Source of the DNA: Chlorokybus atmophyticus
Taxonomy: Eukaryota; Plantae; Mesostigma and Chlorokybus algae
DNA: 64,000 bases
Reading direction: 5' to 3'
Assembly (NCBI GenBank): GCA_009103225.1
Contig: RHPI01003511.1
Span: 53,087-117,086 of the forward strand
The notes under the pieces: model-generated
Databases searched by the model: none
What the model saw: only the letters and a program-made list of their open reading frames with translations
Told to the model about the DNA's origin: nothing
Translations under genes and position numbers: made by a program
In this document: positions 26,231 to 42,068 of the stretch, one piece after another
Numbering within the stretch: position 1 is the first letter of the stretch
Layout: each line of letters opens with the position of its first letter

Positions 26231-29200
26231 CTACCTTTCTGATACACCCCAGGGTTCAGGGTTAGCAACATCCGTAGCTACGAGGTATCTATTCAGCCCT
26301 TTGACCATGTCAAAAACTCGGGAGTAGTCCGCAGCCGTGTAGCGAACCTCTCGACAAACCTTTCTACTGATGAACTCTTGCAACTGCACAGCCGCTTGGT
26401 TCTGTGCCACGCCAGAGACCAGACCAAACCCCGGCGTTGGCACGTGCAACTGCGCCACCCAATAACCCACAAGCCAAGTCCTTAGAGACAGATCATACAC
26501 TTGGCCTGGAGAAGAAGAAAGCGGTGCTCCTGGCAAAGCCATGAGCGAGTCCAACATGCCGGCTTGTTTGAATGCCCTGCGCTTGGCAGCGAAGGGGTAG
26601 CTCGCCACAACGCTGACGAACTGCATCTTCACGTCAATGTGGGAATCCATGAAGTACATGTCTGTATCGTTGGCGCCATCCATGATGGTATCGTCGTCTC
26701 TGAATGATGCGCGGGACAACCCGATCAACCCGACCCGCGGCCACCGCTGAGACACCTTCATCAGGTTGTATACCCAACCACAATCGGCAGGTGGTGCCTG
26801 TGCTGCCTGCAATGCAAAGCCACTATCAGCCAACACGTGGTGCACAATGGTGCTTACAGCCAATGCAAGTCTGGGAATGACCGAAAGATGTGTGGAAGAA
26901 ACTTCTGCTTACCTGTAGGAAGATGATGATGTCGCCGCGTGCCATGCTAGCCAATCGGTTAGTAGCTGAGGCGCCTCCACCGTTGGCCTCAGAGAACACA
27001 ACAGACATGAAACCCTGGCTTAAGGCAGCAGCTGCTCCCCACTGCGCGCTCTGATCTGCTCGCTCCACCTGTACAAGTTGACTCTCAGACAGCTGCAATT
27101 GATTGTCACTTCTTGGGAGACACTCGCATACGCACACACACACGCGCACACCCTTTTTGCTTGCCTGCACGAGAAGCTCCGCTGTCAACTGCATCGGGTT
27201 GTCCGACTTGAAGCAGCTTTGAAACTTGGCAAACTCGTCCACGGCCGCGGTTGGTTGCCCGATCGCATCCACAACAATCGTGATGTTCACGCCATCGAGG
27301 AAGTCGTCGGTGGGTATCACCGCCCGCGACGTGATGTTCACAGCACCGTCTGCTCGCCACATGCACAAGTAAGCAACACAAGTACACACACGCACGAGCC
27401 ATCAGCGTCAGTTGACGGCGTTGTTGGGACTTGCCTAAGCCATCCATGGAGTCAAACTCCACTCGAGCGATGGGGTCCGCTGCATCCACGTGTTGCTGTG
27501 TCACACGCCATATCAGTAATAACCGACACCACAGCAGTACATACCAGCATCGCTCTTCAGTACTGCAGCCCCTCAAACTGATATCCACCTGCATTATGGC
27601 GAGCGCGCGCATCTCTGTGTGTATCTCCGCCATCCTTTGCTGCACGAGGGGGTACCGTTTATGTGCGCTCTCAAAAGCGGACCAGCTCGGGTTTGCTTGC
27701 AGCGCCTGCAGCTTGCTCTGAGCCTCACTGACTGATACCTGCACTCCAGAATGAAGTCGAGCCAACAACCAATACAGCAATGCGTGCATGCGCATGTGCG
27801 TGTATGTGTGCGCACACGCGTGTGTGGTCGGTTGGTTGAGTGCTTGCTTGCACGCATGTGTGCAGCGACACATGTGTGCGACACCATCTTACCTCCTTGC
27901 TGTCAGGGAATGCTTCCTTGGCTGCCTGCAGCAGCTGCGGGTGCGTGGCCTTCTCTTCAGCCAAGGCACCGACCAACTGTCGCCTCAAACTCTGCAACTC
28001 TACTTGTAACTCCCGCAACCGAGGCGCCATATCCACACCCTGCATGTTGGTATCAGTGAGACGCACAGTACGGGCACATACACACTCGCACACGCGGACA
28101 CATGCACCTCACCACACTGACCTGGAGAGCGAGCAGTTGATGAGAGTTGTCGAGTGGTTGTTGGAGTTGTTGCTGTTCTGGACAGGGCGCCTGCTGCTGC
28201 TTGTTGGTGTCGGTCGCCTGAGCCTTGAGGCTGTCCACCTGCGCTTGCAAGGCTGTCCGCCCGGCGGCTTCATCGTCGAGCCGAAGTTGCAGAGCCTTGA
28301 TCGCCTGCGCATCCTACAAGGAGATGACACGCTTGTTGGAGAAGGCAGGCACACGCACACTCACACACGCACGGACACAGCGCACGCACGCGCGCGCACA
28401 TGCATGGGAACAACGTGACACGTATCACCTCTGCAGAAGCGGTTTGCAGTTTCTTCTCAAGTTCGGCACGCTGCGCCTTCTCTGTTTCCAACAAGTCCTT
28501 CAACACCCGCTTGTCCTCTTCGCACTACACTCACACACAGTACCCATCACGCGCTTGAGCAAAAGAAACACACATTCATCATCGACAACGACAACACAAC
28601 AACAACTCACGGCATCAGGGTCGCCGGTGTTGCCCGCCGCCGCAGCTTCGAGCACCTCCACTTGCTTCTCGAGCTCGCGCACCCGCTCATCTTGATTAGA
28701 AGCAAGCAGTGGACTTTGCCCCGCGGTGTTGTTGTTGTTGCGATCGAGCGCGTCGTACTGTGCCAACTGGGCTTCTGCCTTGTCGGCGCGTCGCTTGTAG
28801 TAGTCGAGCTGCTGCTGCAGCGTCACGAGCACCTCGTCGAGAACGGAGTTGCCCGTCGCGCGAAGCTCAACCCTACTACCACCTGCCTCGTCATCATCCT
28901 CTGGTGCATGCACGCCCGCTGCATTGGAGTGTGTGTTGTTGTTATGCAACATGCATCGGGGTGGTGCGGATCGGTTGTGCATTGTGTTGCAGAGGCAGAT
29001 TGGGTGCTAGTGTTGATTGTCATTGTGATGCTGCGCGGGTACGTATGGACACCGCGCTGTTTATATCAATTGTTGCATGTCTATGCAGATATCAATGTAT
29101 GCACACCTACACATGATACAGACATACATGTGCGTGCGCAGGCGCGTGTACCAACAACCAAGCAAGTGCTGCTAGGGAGCGGGGGGAACATTATGGACTA

Positions 29201-29547
29201 CCCATACACATGCAGTGCACAGGTATCTGGGATCTGGCAGCTGGTTATCGGCATTCATCAAAAGCCTCACAAGTTTTTTGTTCATTGCAACAACAAGTGA
29301 GTTAGTCAGAGTACCAGCAATGTGTGACACATTAACATATACCTGAGATTGTGCCGTTGTGCAGCAGTAGCAGCGCCAGGCTCTCCGGCGTCCCCTTTCT
29401 CACCACGGACTGGCCCGACCTGGACCTTGGCGTCAGCGGGCCAAGCAGCGACCTGTACTCGCTCTCGCCAACATAGTAGTAGTACACCAGCCCGACTAGA
29501 AGCACGACAGCACCGACACCCAGAACAACACACCCCCTCCTCCTCAT
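26231..29547 (-). CDS. Type II membrane protein: N-terminal TM anchor, long coiled-coil stem, C-terminal degenerate GT2-like (GT-A) domain
   Basis: MRRRGCVVLGVGAVVLLVGLVYYYY anchor; several heptad-rich exons (QQQLDYYKRRADKAEAQLAQY, RLRELQVELQSLRRQL); NRLASMARGDIIIFLQ|AAQAPPADCGWV..WPRVGLIG resembles recalled algal GT2-like proteins. Confidence 0.7.
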
Positions 29548-29670
29548 CTCGTCGTCCCCCTTCTCAACCACAGCGCCGCCGCCGATGATGAGAAGGAGGA
29601 GGCAGAGGAGTGAGGCGACAACTACCTTTTTTTGCATAGTCATAATGTAGTGGAGAAGTGTTCGTCTCTC

Positions 29671-31497
<1,827 letters not shown>

Positions 31498-33299
31498 CAA
31501 GAAGTAGACAATCACATAATTTGTGACACAGGAGCAGATTGCATGGGGTTGCAGAAACATGTTACAATGCCAACATGTGTGTCGCGTTCTGCCCTGATCA
31601 CCAGCACTTCCAGGTCTACAAGTGGCATGAAGCTACTAGTGCATGAAAAATGTTGTAAGTTCCATGCCACGGGCACCCGGCAGATTTGCTACATGATTTG
31701 GTGGATGCAGTAGCTTGTGAACCCACATTGTACTGTGTGCCTTGCTCCATGGTAAGAGGGGCAGGCAGGTGAAGGTCGAGGTGAAGCGTGTATGCAAGGC
31801 AGTTGTGATATAGGATGGCAACCTTCAGTTATATGCAGTAATACGGTGTTACCATGTTGTTCACCCCCTCGAGTTCGTAACATGCATACCATCTCGTTGT
31901 ATGCAATGGGTCAACGTTTGAACCAAAGTCATATTATGTATAAAATGTTTGAGGTATCATGCACGTGTGACATACACAAGAATCTTACTTATCAATTTGC
32001 TTACCATTTTAGCAACCTTTACGTTAGGATACAGATGGCCCTTTATCGCATATTGAATATGCAAGCAGCAATTATCCAATCTCATTATATGGTTGTGATC
32101 AGTGCCAGGGGGTATAGCTCACACACTAACGCTACTATACAACCCGTCCAGCTATACGAATGCGTATGCATGATACCAGGAACGATACCCATAAAAAACA
32201 ACTTGTTATAGCATTGTAACGCGTGCCTTATTGCGTAGTAGTCACCAATCGCCGCAATTGTTATAACATCGTAACATGCATTAACATCTTCTGACGATTT
32301 GCTGTCGTGTTTTAACTTAACCATCGTGCAATTTGCTACATGGCATCAAACATGCAAAATATACGCATATACAAGTACATAATTATGTACACGTGAATAT
32401 CTAACTACAATTTAAATAACAAATTTTTAACGATATAAAAAAACTGTTCATCATATGCATGCACAGTGCTTGTTAGGTTAATCACGATTGCATAAGATTG
32501 CATTTATTATGAATTGTGAAGTAAACATATAACATGTTATCATTACATGGTGTTGGGTAGTACCCAGTCATTACATGAAAGATGCCACACAGCTTGCCTA
32601 GCAAGTTGCCTTACAACCTATAGAATAGCCTCCATCTCTCTGGTGTCGCCGACAGAGCTGTATGGCAGTTTGCATGAATGTGTTACTTTAGCGCTCAACG
32701 TGACAGTTTGAGTCAACTCGATGCTGTCGCAACAATCATGCCAACACATATAAAAACGTGTACGCATTCAGTCAAGTATCAAAATCTTTTATAACCTTTC
32801 TGCCACAAGTTTTGGACTGAAATGCACATGATGGAATCCATGATGAATCCCTCGACGGCGGTGGCGCACTACCTTGCAGTATGGATGGGAGACCAGGCAA
32901 TTGAAGAGAAGTGCTGGCGGCTGTGGATGTATGGGATGCTTGTGGATGGTCATGATTGGCCGCGGGTGTGCGCTAATGTGGTTGAGTGTGTACGCAACCT
33001 GGACGCGCGGTGGCAAACTTGTACATTTAAACATGTTGATGATGTTTTAATGTGCTATGCCGCTCTATTTCTTCAATGCGTTGAATTGGAATTCACCACG
33101 TGCAAATTCATGGGTATGCCCTGATGGGGCGTACCAATCTTTCCATTATCATTGACATACAAGCGTCCGCAATTGCATACTAACAACCCTAAATTTTGCA
33201 TTACATGACACCATGGCAATTTCTGCGTGTCCGTACCTAACAACCACACGTCACTCTATTGCATACTAGTGCGCACACCATGCGACCGGAAGAGCTGGG

Positions 33300-33657
33300 N
33301 NNNNNNNNNNNNNNNNNNNNNNNNNNNNNNNNNNNNNNNNNNNNNNNNNNNNNNNNNNNNNNNNNNNNNNNNNNNNNNNNNNNNNNNNNNNNNNNNNNNN
33401 NNNNNNNNNNNNNNNNNNNNNNNNNNNNNNNNNNNNNNNNNNNNNNNNNNNNNNNNNNNNNNNNNNNNNNNNNNNNNNNNNNNNNNNNNNNNNNNNNNNN
33501 NNNNNNNNNNNNNNNNNNNNNNNNNNNNNNNNNNNNNNNNNNNNNNNNNNNNNNNNNNNNNNNNNNNNNNNNNNNNNNNNNNNNNNNNNNNNNNNNNNNN
33601 NNNNNNNNNNNNNNNNNNNNNNNNNNNNNNNNNNNNNNNNNNNNNNNNNNNNNNNNN
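33300..33657. other. Assembly gap
   Basis: Run of N. Confidence 1.
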
Positions 33658-34472
33658 GGGGGGGGTCACCAACGGCAGGTTGCATGCATTGTCTGCGTCC
33701 ATCTAGCATGGCTGCTTGTTGAAGATCTGACCTGGCTGACCTGCAACACTCTCGAGCGAGTGGTGATTGTGCGGTGTGTATGTGCTGAGGTGGGTGTGCG
33801 ATGACGATGTTGTGGTCATATGGGCGGTGTTCTGCCCATAGTACTTTCAGCAGCACCAGCGGGGTACCAATGTTTATAAGCACGCATAAGCTGCATCGAC
33901 TGTAACAGTGCATGTAGGCTTTCAACCACCCACCAGTTGTGCGCTACCACACAAGCATGCATTCGACAAGACAAATAGCTCGAGCCCCAATGTAAGCTGA
34001 TGGAGCTGAATGGGTTAATCATCGTTTGTACTAAATCATCGAAATGCATCTGCTTATCCAACCAGACTGGCTTCAAGCCCACTTACATGCGAGCAATGCA
34101 TCCTTTAGCAACATCAGCGTAGCTGCCATATGCAATGCTTTGCAGCAAGGCTCTTAAAGCTGTACCTGACTGTAGTGCTGGCTGCTACGTTGCAATCATC
34201 GCAAGCACCCTAGCTGCTGTAGAATCAGCTCAAAGTTAGTGCATACGCTTGCACTGTAACGGTGGACGCGACTGGCTGGGACCCATGCGGCCTGCTCAGC
34301 AGCAGACTTCATCACTGCGTTTGTTCAGAGCACAGCTGCCATTCCCCGGGCATCTCCTACAAAGCAGTGTGGCAGCCTCCAGAAATGTATTACTCAAGGA
34401 TTCTCATAAACAGCTGATGCCACAACACTCAGTGCCAGCAACTTAATTGGGTGTGTATGCGTTGAGTCCACA

Positions 34473-36656
34473 CTATTGGCGCTTCTTCCAGTAACCCTCC
34501 ATCCAGGACTTCAACTGTGAGATGCACACAGTGGAATCAACGAGTCCCACGACGGCGGTAGCGAAGAAGAGGAAGTGCGGGTGTGGTCCCAATGACAGCA
34601 GCAGCGACGCGACGCCCAGCACCGTGTATACGCCGGCCACGCCGCCAGTCTTTGCGTGCGCGAACGCCGCACCGTGTGGCGACGAGCAACTCAACAGCAT
34701 GCTGTGGAGCAGTCCCGGCAGCGTGAGCAGCGCGTCCGCCGGGTTGGGTGCGTGACGGTGCAACCGCGGACGCTGCAGCCAAGACACCAGCGCCGCCAGC
34801 TGGAGCAGAAAGGTCCAGAGATACAGCAGGAAGAACGCGTGCAACGCTTGCCTGTGATCGTTGCAGAGGGCATACTCCGCCTCCCAACGCTGCGCTGCAG
34901 TTGCCCTTTCTTTGCTACTTGTACTCAGCAGCCTGCGCCTCCGACACGTGGTTTGGTGGATGGCCAACAGGAGCACTGCCAACGAGACAATGCTATTCAC
35001 CGTGGCGTGCACCGTGAATGAGGCCAGGATGGACAGCACGAACACCGCAAAGGCCGCCGCCAACACTGCCGCAGACAGGCGGCTACTGCCACTACCATTA
35101 CTCAATGCGGCCTTCCGCGGAACAACTGTCCGCATCAACCCCGCCGCAACAGTTGTTTCGCAGCAGCTCGTCACCCTCACGAGTTGCCGTACAGCAAACG
35201 TGCCAATAGCCACGATACCCGCCGCGATGTAGAACAGGAGGGATGTCACGATGAGCGCGTGCAAGACTTGTCCCAACAATAGAGGCACGTGCTGCCCGAC
35301 CACTCGTTGCAGCGGGCCATCGAGGGCGTGCGCCACCACCACGATCACGCCCGCACACACAAGCACTATCAACGCACGACGGATGTCTCTGTGAAGGACG
35401 GCAGCCAGGCTCGGGACACCGCCACCATGACGCTTGACGTGACGCGCTTGCTGCGCGAGGCAGAGTAGCGTGACTGCTCCCGCCAACGTTGCAAGCCGCC
35501 GCGCGTGCGAAAGGAAAAACCTGCCAAGTAGCATGTTATAAGTATGCCAGACATACGACTGTTAAGGCGTGCTGTTGCAACAAGATGTGAGTGTGGCGTA
35601 CTGGGCGATGGCTGTGGAGATGTCGGGTGCCACCTTCAGCTCATACGTGCACATCGGGTCCACTATGAGAAACAGCAATCCCGCATCAAAAGGCCGCCTG
35701 CCAGCAAACAGCTGCATGTCCCACAGGGGCGCGTCCGACGTGACCTTTGCAAACTTGTTGTTGCGCAGCTGCAGCACTCTGGCCTCATCCAGCATCGGCT
35801 CGGTTAGGATCGCCATCGGCGCAAAGCACTCGCACTCTGCACTGCAACAGTAGTCTGATGGCAAGACCCCAACCAGCGTTGTCACAACACAACTTTAACA
35901 TAAATAAAACAACACGAATACAGCATGAGCCCTGTCATCAGAGCCACCGTACCTTCCGCACTGTGGGTGGAGTGCCCACTTCCTTTATTAACCTCAACAC
36001 GCAATGGCAGCAGCACCGGGCTAGCCGGTAAGCCTACAGACACCACAGCAGGGTGTCCCTCGCTCCAAGACAACTAACACACGCAAAGTGAGTGAGTTGT
36101 CACCCTCGCAAGTGCAACACCACAGTCAGGACACGCTGTTGCGAACGTGAACACAAAAACAACAAGACAATACCTTAGAGACTGGTTCTGCCATGGATCG
36201 GGACAACATCATGTCGCGTAGTCGCAAGGTGTTGTGACCCTCATCGGGATGGAAGAACTGCGTGAGAGCCCAACCACGCACGCTGCTCCCCAACGACACG
36301 GTCAACCACCGGTGTTGGGACAGCTGCTCAGCACGTACGATCAGCATGGAGACCGGTCTCCCAACGCCTGGCACTGGCTCTGAGAATTGGACAGCCAATG
36401 TCGTCATCTCCACGGCATCTGACTCGTTGCTCGCTGCTTCCGGCCACAAGTGCACGCGTATGTCCAAACACAAGCGTAGGTTGGTGAGGAAGACAAAGCT
36501 CGTGCGGCCTTGCTTGAGCATGTCGGCCACATCAAATGCTGTGGCAGCATGCATGTGGCTTGTACTGCTGTAACGCACAATGTGGCTCCCAAACTGGTTG
36601 GCAGCATGGGGCAAAGTGATGTCCACAACACTCCTACTTCTGCATGCTGCATGTTC

Positions 36657-36688
<32 letters not shown>

Positions 36689-38227
36689 GGCCTGTCAAGG
36701 CCGTGTGCAGCGTGTGTCCTCCCAACAGGTCTTTAAGTACGCTGTGCCGTGCCTGCCTGTTGTCGTCCAGCTGTCCCGTGTTATGATCCACAAGTTTAAG
36801 GAGTGCATAGGACAGGCGTCTCACGAGCTGGTTGCACCACATGATGCACTGATGGTCTGCGGAGACCCACACGCCGGGCACGGCCGTGGCGGTGACGCTG
36901 ACAGCATTATCAGAAGGCAGGAGGCCCTCGAGTCGTGTGAGTCCCGCACGCACCTGCTCGTCCCGCTCACCTCCCGCAACAGACACTGTCACAACGTCGT
37001 GCAGAAGCCCCGTGCGGAAGCCGTCGAGCCACGCGCGGTTGGTGGACGCGTAGAAGGCCGCCAGCCCCGCCTGCGCGGGGAACGGGTACGTCGTGTGCGG
37101 GGTGGCCAGCGTGACCAATGTGTGCACACTGCCCGCGGGAAGGTGCGGGTGCACCACGGCCGCGCGCGCTACGAGGCCACCCATCGAGTGCCCCACCAAC
37201 AAGACCGTCGCGGGAGGATGATGATTTTGTTGTTGTGTTTCTTCTAACGACTGCAACTGGCTTGTGTATAAACTGAGGATGTGCTTGATGCAACTGACCA
37301 CAAACTCTGTCTGCTCGCGCAGGATGCCGGCGTCAAAGGCGCCCAACTCGTCTTCAAAGTGGATGGAGAAGAAGTCTAAGTGGTGGGTGAAGCCGTGCTG
37401 CTGCTTAACAGCCATGTGTGCGGTCTCCGCAGCCAGCGATCGGATCTGGCGGAAGCTGCCCCCGCTCCCTGCCAGCAGTAAGCGCATGAACAATTGGACT
37501 CAGTTATGACACACGCACACGCTCACGCCTGTGCACATGCACGCACGCACGCACCCATGCGTGCACGCATGCACATGTCATGCACGCTCGCATGTGACGA
37601 TATTGATTACATGCATTGTATGATTCAATGATTGGCACACGAGCTTCCATCCATCCATGTTGGCGAGGTGGCTCACCCACCTGGCACGTAGAGCGCAGGG
37701 ACCCCAGCGAGTGGAAGTAGGATTGGCGCCTGCACGCCCAGCTCCTTGTACAAATGCAAGCTGTATTTGTCCGCACCTGGCGTGCCCGCAGGTAGCTCCA
37801 CCTGTGTGTGGGCGCAACATGCATTTGTACGCGCAATGCATGCCATCCACTAAGCGTTGCCAAAGCATACACAGTGGAGCATCTTGACACAAGCAACGCT
37901 GCTTGCATGGATGCAACCTATTGCTAGGGTGCTTCATGTCATGCAAAAGCAGATATCAATCCCGACGCATGAGGTGGGATTGCATATGCACGCGCATTAC
38001 TACGTGTTGGTGTGCGCTTGAAGGCAGCGTACCGGCAGGTATTCGGGCGACATGTAGGACATGTGGCAAGGGTTGGGTGCGCGGCGCTCGGCCAGCAGCG
38101 AGTGGACGGCGACGGCGACAACTGCGGCGGTGACGGCGGCGGCCAACCACGCCCCGACCGTCGCCGCCGCCGCCGCTTCTGGCGCCCTGCGCGGCGACGC
38201 CGTGGTTGGCGTCGTCGACGTCGCCAT
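34473..38227 (-). CDS. PGAP1: GPI inositol-deacylase (PGAP1/BST1), about 5 exons
   Basis: N-terminal TM then NPCHMSYMSPEYLP; GVPALYVP|GSGGSFRQIRSLAAE; lipase motif LVGHSMGGLVARA; TLATPH; SVAGGERD; DHQCIMWCNQLV; LIVDPMCTY. The C-terminal multi-TM exon is ORF 34473-35534. Confidence 0.92.
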
Positions 38228-39999
38228 CGTCGCCGTCACCGTGACCGCCCTCCTCGCCGGCTTCCTCCACGCTGCTGCTCCTGCCCCGCCGCCACGCCAT
38301 GCCACGCAATGCAGCACATGCCGCCCAACAACATCACCAGCAACGCCGCCGCCATCCTGGGGTGTTTTTTTGAGACGATGACAAAGTTGTCGCTAAGGAA
38401 CAATTCCACCGCAAGCGCGGTCCCCGATAATAATGTGTGCATGGTGAGGATTATCACAGCGGTAACATGTCGACGACGCACACCACCGACTGACACACAT
38501 ATACACAATAATTGTATGTGCTTTCACCATGTTGACCGCTGTAAAGAATCACCAACGACTTCCCCAAATGTCAACTCAGAATCTCAATGTGCACATGCTG
38601 TTGTAGGTTGTAGTTCACAAGCTCTGTTGCATGATAAAACACCCGAATGCTCTACTTCAAAAGTGATGTATCTGTTGTAATTAACGTATAACGCCGTTGC
38701 AAAAGTTGTTATTTGTACTCGTGTGCAATGTTGAATCGTACAGCTGTTAACAATTAGCATGTGACCTGTTTGTTGAAGACACATCATCATCACATATGTG
38801 ATGTAGTATTTGTAACCAGCTGTGTGTTAACCAAGTCATATTGCAAACTGTTTGCATGCATGCGTGCGTGCGTGATATATTACCGATTTCAGCTTCGTGT
38901 ACATATAAGCTCTTCTTGTAAGTGTTTTGTTTAAAACCATAACATCAATTGCCATGATACGAATGCAGTGCGTTACAGAAAACGAGGCTCATTTCGCAGT
39001 ACTTGTAGAAAAGCAATTGTTTTTTTGAATGGATCGTAAACTACACCGTTTTTCTTGCTCATACATCTAGCTTAAAGCAATGTATTCTTCCAAATAAAAT
39101 ACATTGTTGTATTGCTATCATTCCATTAATCAGCTATGCAAGGCACATGCATCTTGCCTGATTACATTATTGTTATGAAAGAGATGAACAAAGATGTGAA
39201 TGTGAAGTATCGAGATGGGAGCGTTTGCCACATACACACGCGCAAGTATGCAAATCGATGGTGCATACATGCCATGGTTGTATAGCATATAACCTTATTA
39301 CAAACGCTTGTGAAATCTGTATACATTAAGTGTACACCCAACACGAAGTTGATATGTTCAATTATGCGAGTAATCGAAAACACAATAACAAACCCTGTAG
39401 CAACATCACACGGAAAGCTCCTTTAAACTCCGTAATAACACGTTCAAAGGGTGCAATAATAAACCTTCCAAGTCTTTTATCCAAGTACAATTGCACAATA
39501 ACACATGTGAATGCATGTTATACATCCCACATGTTTTACATGGCATAAATCATACAGGTTGCTGCCTCACCTGAAGTGGCCTTCCGACTCGGAAGTCCCA
39601 ACCTGAGACTTACATTGAGGAAGCAATCGTAGTGGTGAGCGCTTTCGGATATAGTGTTGGTCTGGCTGTTGACACCTCATTACGGCCTCATTACGGCCTG
39701 GCCCTACAGGCCTCAGCCCACAATTGGCCGCGACGCGACATCAGAAAAGCCGGCGAACAGAAGGAGCACAAGCATGCCGGGGGGAGTCACGCACGTGCCG
39801 AGAAGAAAGGAGCGAGAGGGTGTGTCTGAAGGCAGCGGCAGCGGCAGCGACGGCTGTGCTGTGGGCGGCGGCGGCGGCAGGGCTGTAGAGGTAGGGGCCG
39901 GCTGGATCGAGGGACATTGCTGTTTATCAGCTACGATCGCCATCTTTGATCTTGCCCCTTGGCCTTGACCAGGCGGGTGTCAGTCATCGTTTGACAGAT

Positions 40000-42068
40000 A
40001 TGGCTTGGCTGGAGAGGCTGAGGGGCCGCAAGGGGTCCACGTCCTCCACCTCCTCCACAACGTCCTCATCCTCATACTGCAATGACGGGGGCGGGGGCGG
40101 GGGCGGGGGCGGGGGCAGCGGCAGCGGCAGCGGCAGCGGCACCCATGGCGTGCACGGCGGCCAGGTGTCGCCGATACCATCCACGTCGTCAGGAGGGGCC
40201 CCAGTAGGAATCCTCAAGTCCAAGAGCTACACCTCCATCGCCGTCATCGCCAACAACACCGCCGTGGTGGCGTCCAAGGAGCATCTGTACCAGGCCTTGG
40301 GCTCCAAGAGCGCCAAGGACATTACCGCGAAGGAGAGGGAGAGAGAGAAGGAGAGGGAGAGGGAGAAGGAGAGGGAGAGAGAGATGGAAAGGGAGAAGGA
40401 GAAGGAGAAGGACAAGAAACATCATCATCAGCAGCAGCAGCAGCAGAGAGGAGGTGGAGGAGCACTCCAGCACAATGGTGTTGGTGGCGCGGGCATGGCG
40501 GGTGAGCCTATGCCTGAGATGGTGATGGCCGTGGAGATGCAGCGTCGATACCGTGCAATCCAGGACGAGGAGACTCGCCTGGTGTACGACTTCGGTTTCT
40601 GGAGCAGCTTCTCTCAGTTCGAGGGCAAGACTGAGATTGGTAGCGGCCGCACGTCGCGCGTGTACGCCGCCACGTGCGCGCGCACGGGCCTACGCACGGC
40701 CGTGAAGGTGTACTTCAAGTCGAAGCTGTCTGCAACCAACGTACACCAGGTCCAGCGTGAGATCGCTCTGCTTCAAACACTGCGCGCGGAGTCGCGCGTG
40801 TGTGCTCTGTTGGGCACATTCGAGGACGAACGCTGCGTGTACTTGGTCCTCGAGCACTGCGCACGTGGGGACTTACTCGCTGCGTTAAATGCGTGCGGTG
40901 GTCGCATGCCCGAGCGCCAAACTGTGCGCAGCGTGTTGGCGCCGCTGCTTGCCGCCCTGCGCAGCATCCACGCGAGAGGCATCATCCACCGCGACATCAA
41001 GCCGGAGAACCTATTCGTATGCGACAGCGGCGGACCCGTCAAGCTCGGAGACTTTGGCCTCTCCATCTGCAAGCGACTGGAGCGACCCGTCTCACGCATC
41101 GGCACGTTGGACTACATGGCGCCAGAGGTCCTCAGCATGCCCGTCGCATCCTCCTCCTCATCATCATCAACAGCGGCCTCCTCCTCCTCCTCCTCCAACA
41201 ACAACAACACGGGGGGTGGGGAACACCCTCCACGCTGCTACGACGAGGCCATCGATTGTTGGGCCTGCGGCATCCTCGCCTACGAGATGTGTTGCGGGAA
41301 GCCTCCCTTTGAGGTGGAGAGCGAGGAGATGACTTGCGCCATGATATTATGGACTGAGCTTCCTATCGGCAACGGCGGCTGGCCATCTCACCTCTCTCAT
41401 GACGCCATCTCATTCATCGACGGCGCCTTGCAGAAGGAACCACACAAGCGCTTCACCGTGGAGGAGATGCTTCAGCACCCGTGGTTGATCAAGCATTGTG
41501 GAGGTACGGATCCCGCGGAGATAGCCGCCCCGGCAGCCGTGCCGCCACCCGTGCCGGGACTGCTGCGCAAGGTGCCCTCGGGGAAGAAAAGCCCATCCAA
41601 TATTGTGGTGAATAAGGGTGAAGGCGGATCCCCCCCGCCCGTGCGCACGGCCACGCTGCCCACCATCAGGATGAGGCCCGACAGCAGCAGGTACTGTGCG
41701 TGTGCGTGTGCGCGCGTACGTGCGTGTGTATGGCACCAGTGTTTCCATTGTCTTTGTTGCTGTCGTGGTTGATGTTAAGCCTAAGCTGATGGACTGGCAG
41801 CTCGGACGATGACAGCGCTTCCAGCAGCAGCTACAGCTCGCAATCTTCCCTGCCAGACGTGCGCATGGCGCACATGGACTCCTCGTCTTTGTCGCTCCCG
41901 CCTTCGCCGTCGTCGACGATCGTGCGAGGCGGCCACATGTTGGGCCCCAGGCCGTCCCCGATATCCGCTCCCCCGACACCGTTATCGCCAATATCACCGC
42001 GCTCACCCACTTCACCCCTATCCAAGTCTCTGCGGAGCCCGCTCGCACCACGCTCGCCTGGAGGCTAA
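40000..42068 (+). CDS. Aurora-like Ser/Thr protein kinase, 2 exons (40000-41690, 41801-42068), low-complexity termini
   Basis: IGSGRTSRVY, AVKVY, REIAL, HRDIKPEN, KLGDFG, GTLDYMAPE, DCWACG, GKPPF, HPW; catalytic residues intact. Confidence 0.9.

Noticed and set aside
26855-26870. Candidate 13-nt microexon in the GT2-like intron
   Set aside because: It would frameshift, leave very short introns, and does not encode DxD.
34473-35534. 353-aa multi-TM ORF as a separate gene
   Set aside because: Better explained as the C-terminal membrane exon of PGAP1.
39675-39696. 11-bp tandem CCTCATTACGG x2 and a nearby 7-bp inverted repeat
   Set aside because: Too short to support a call; likely slippage.
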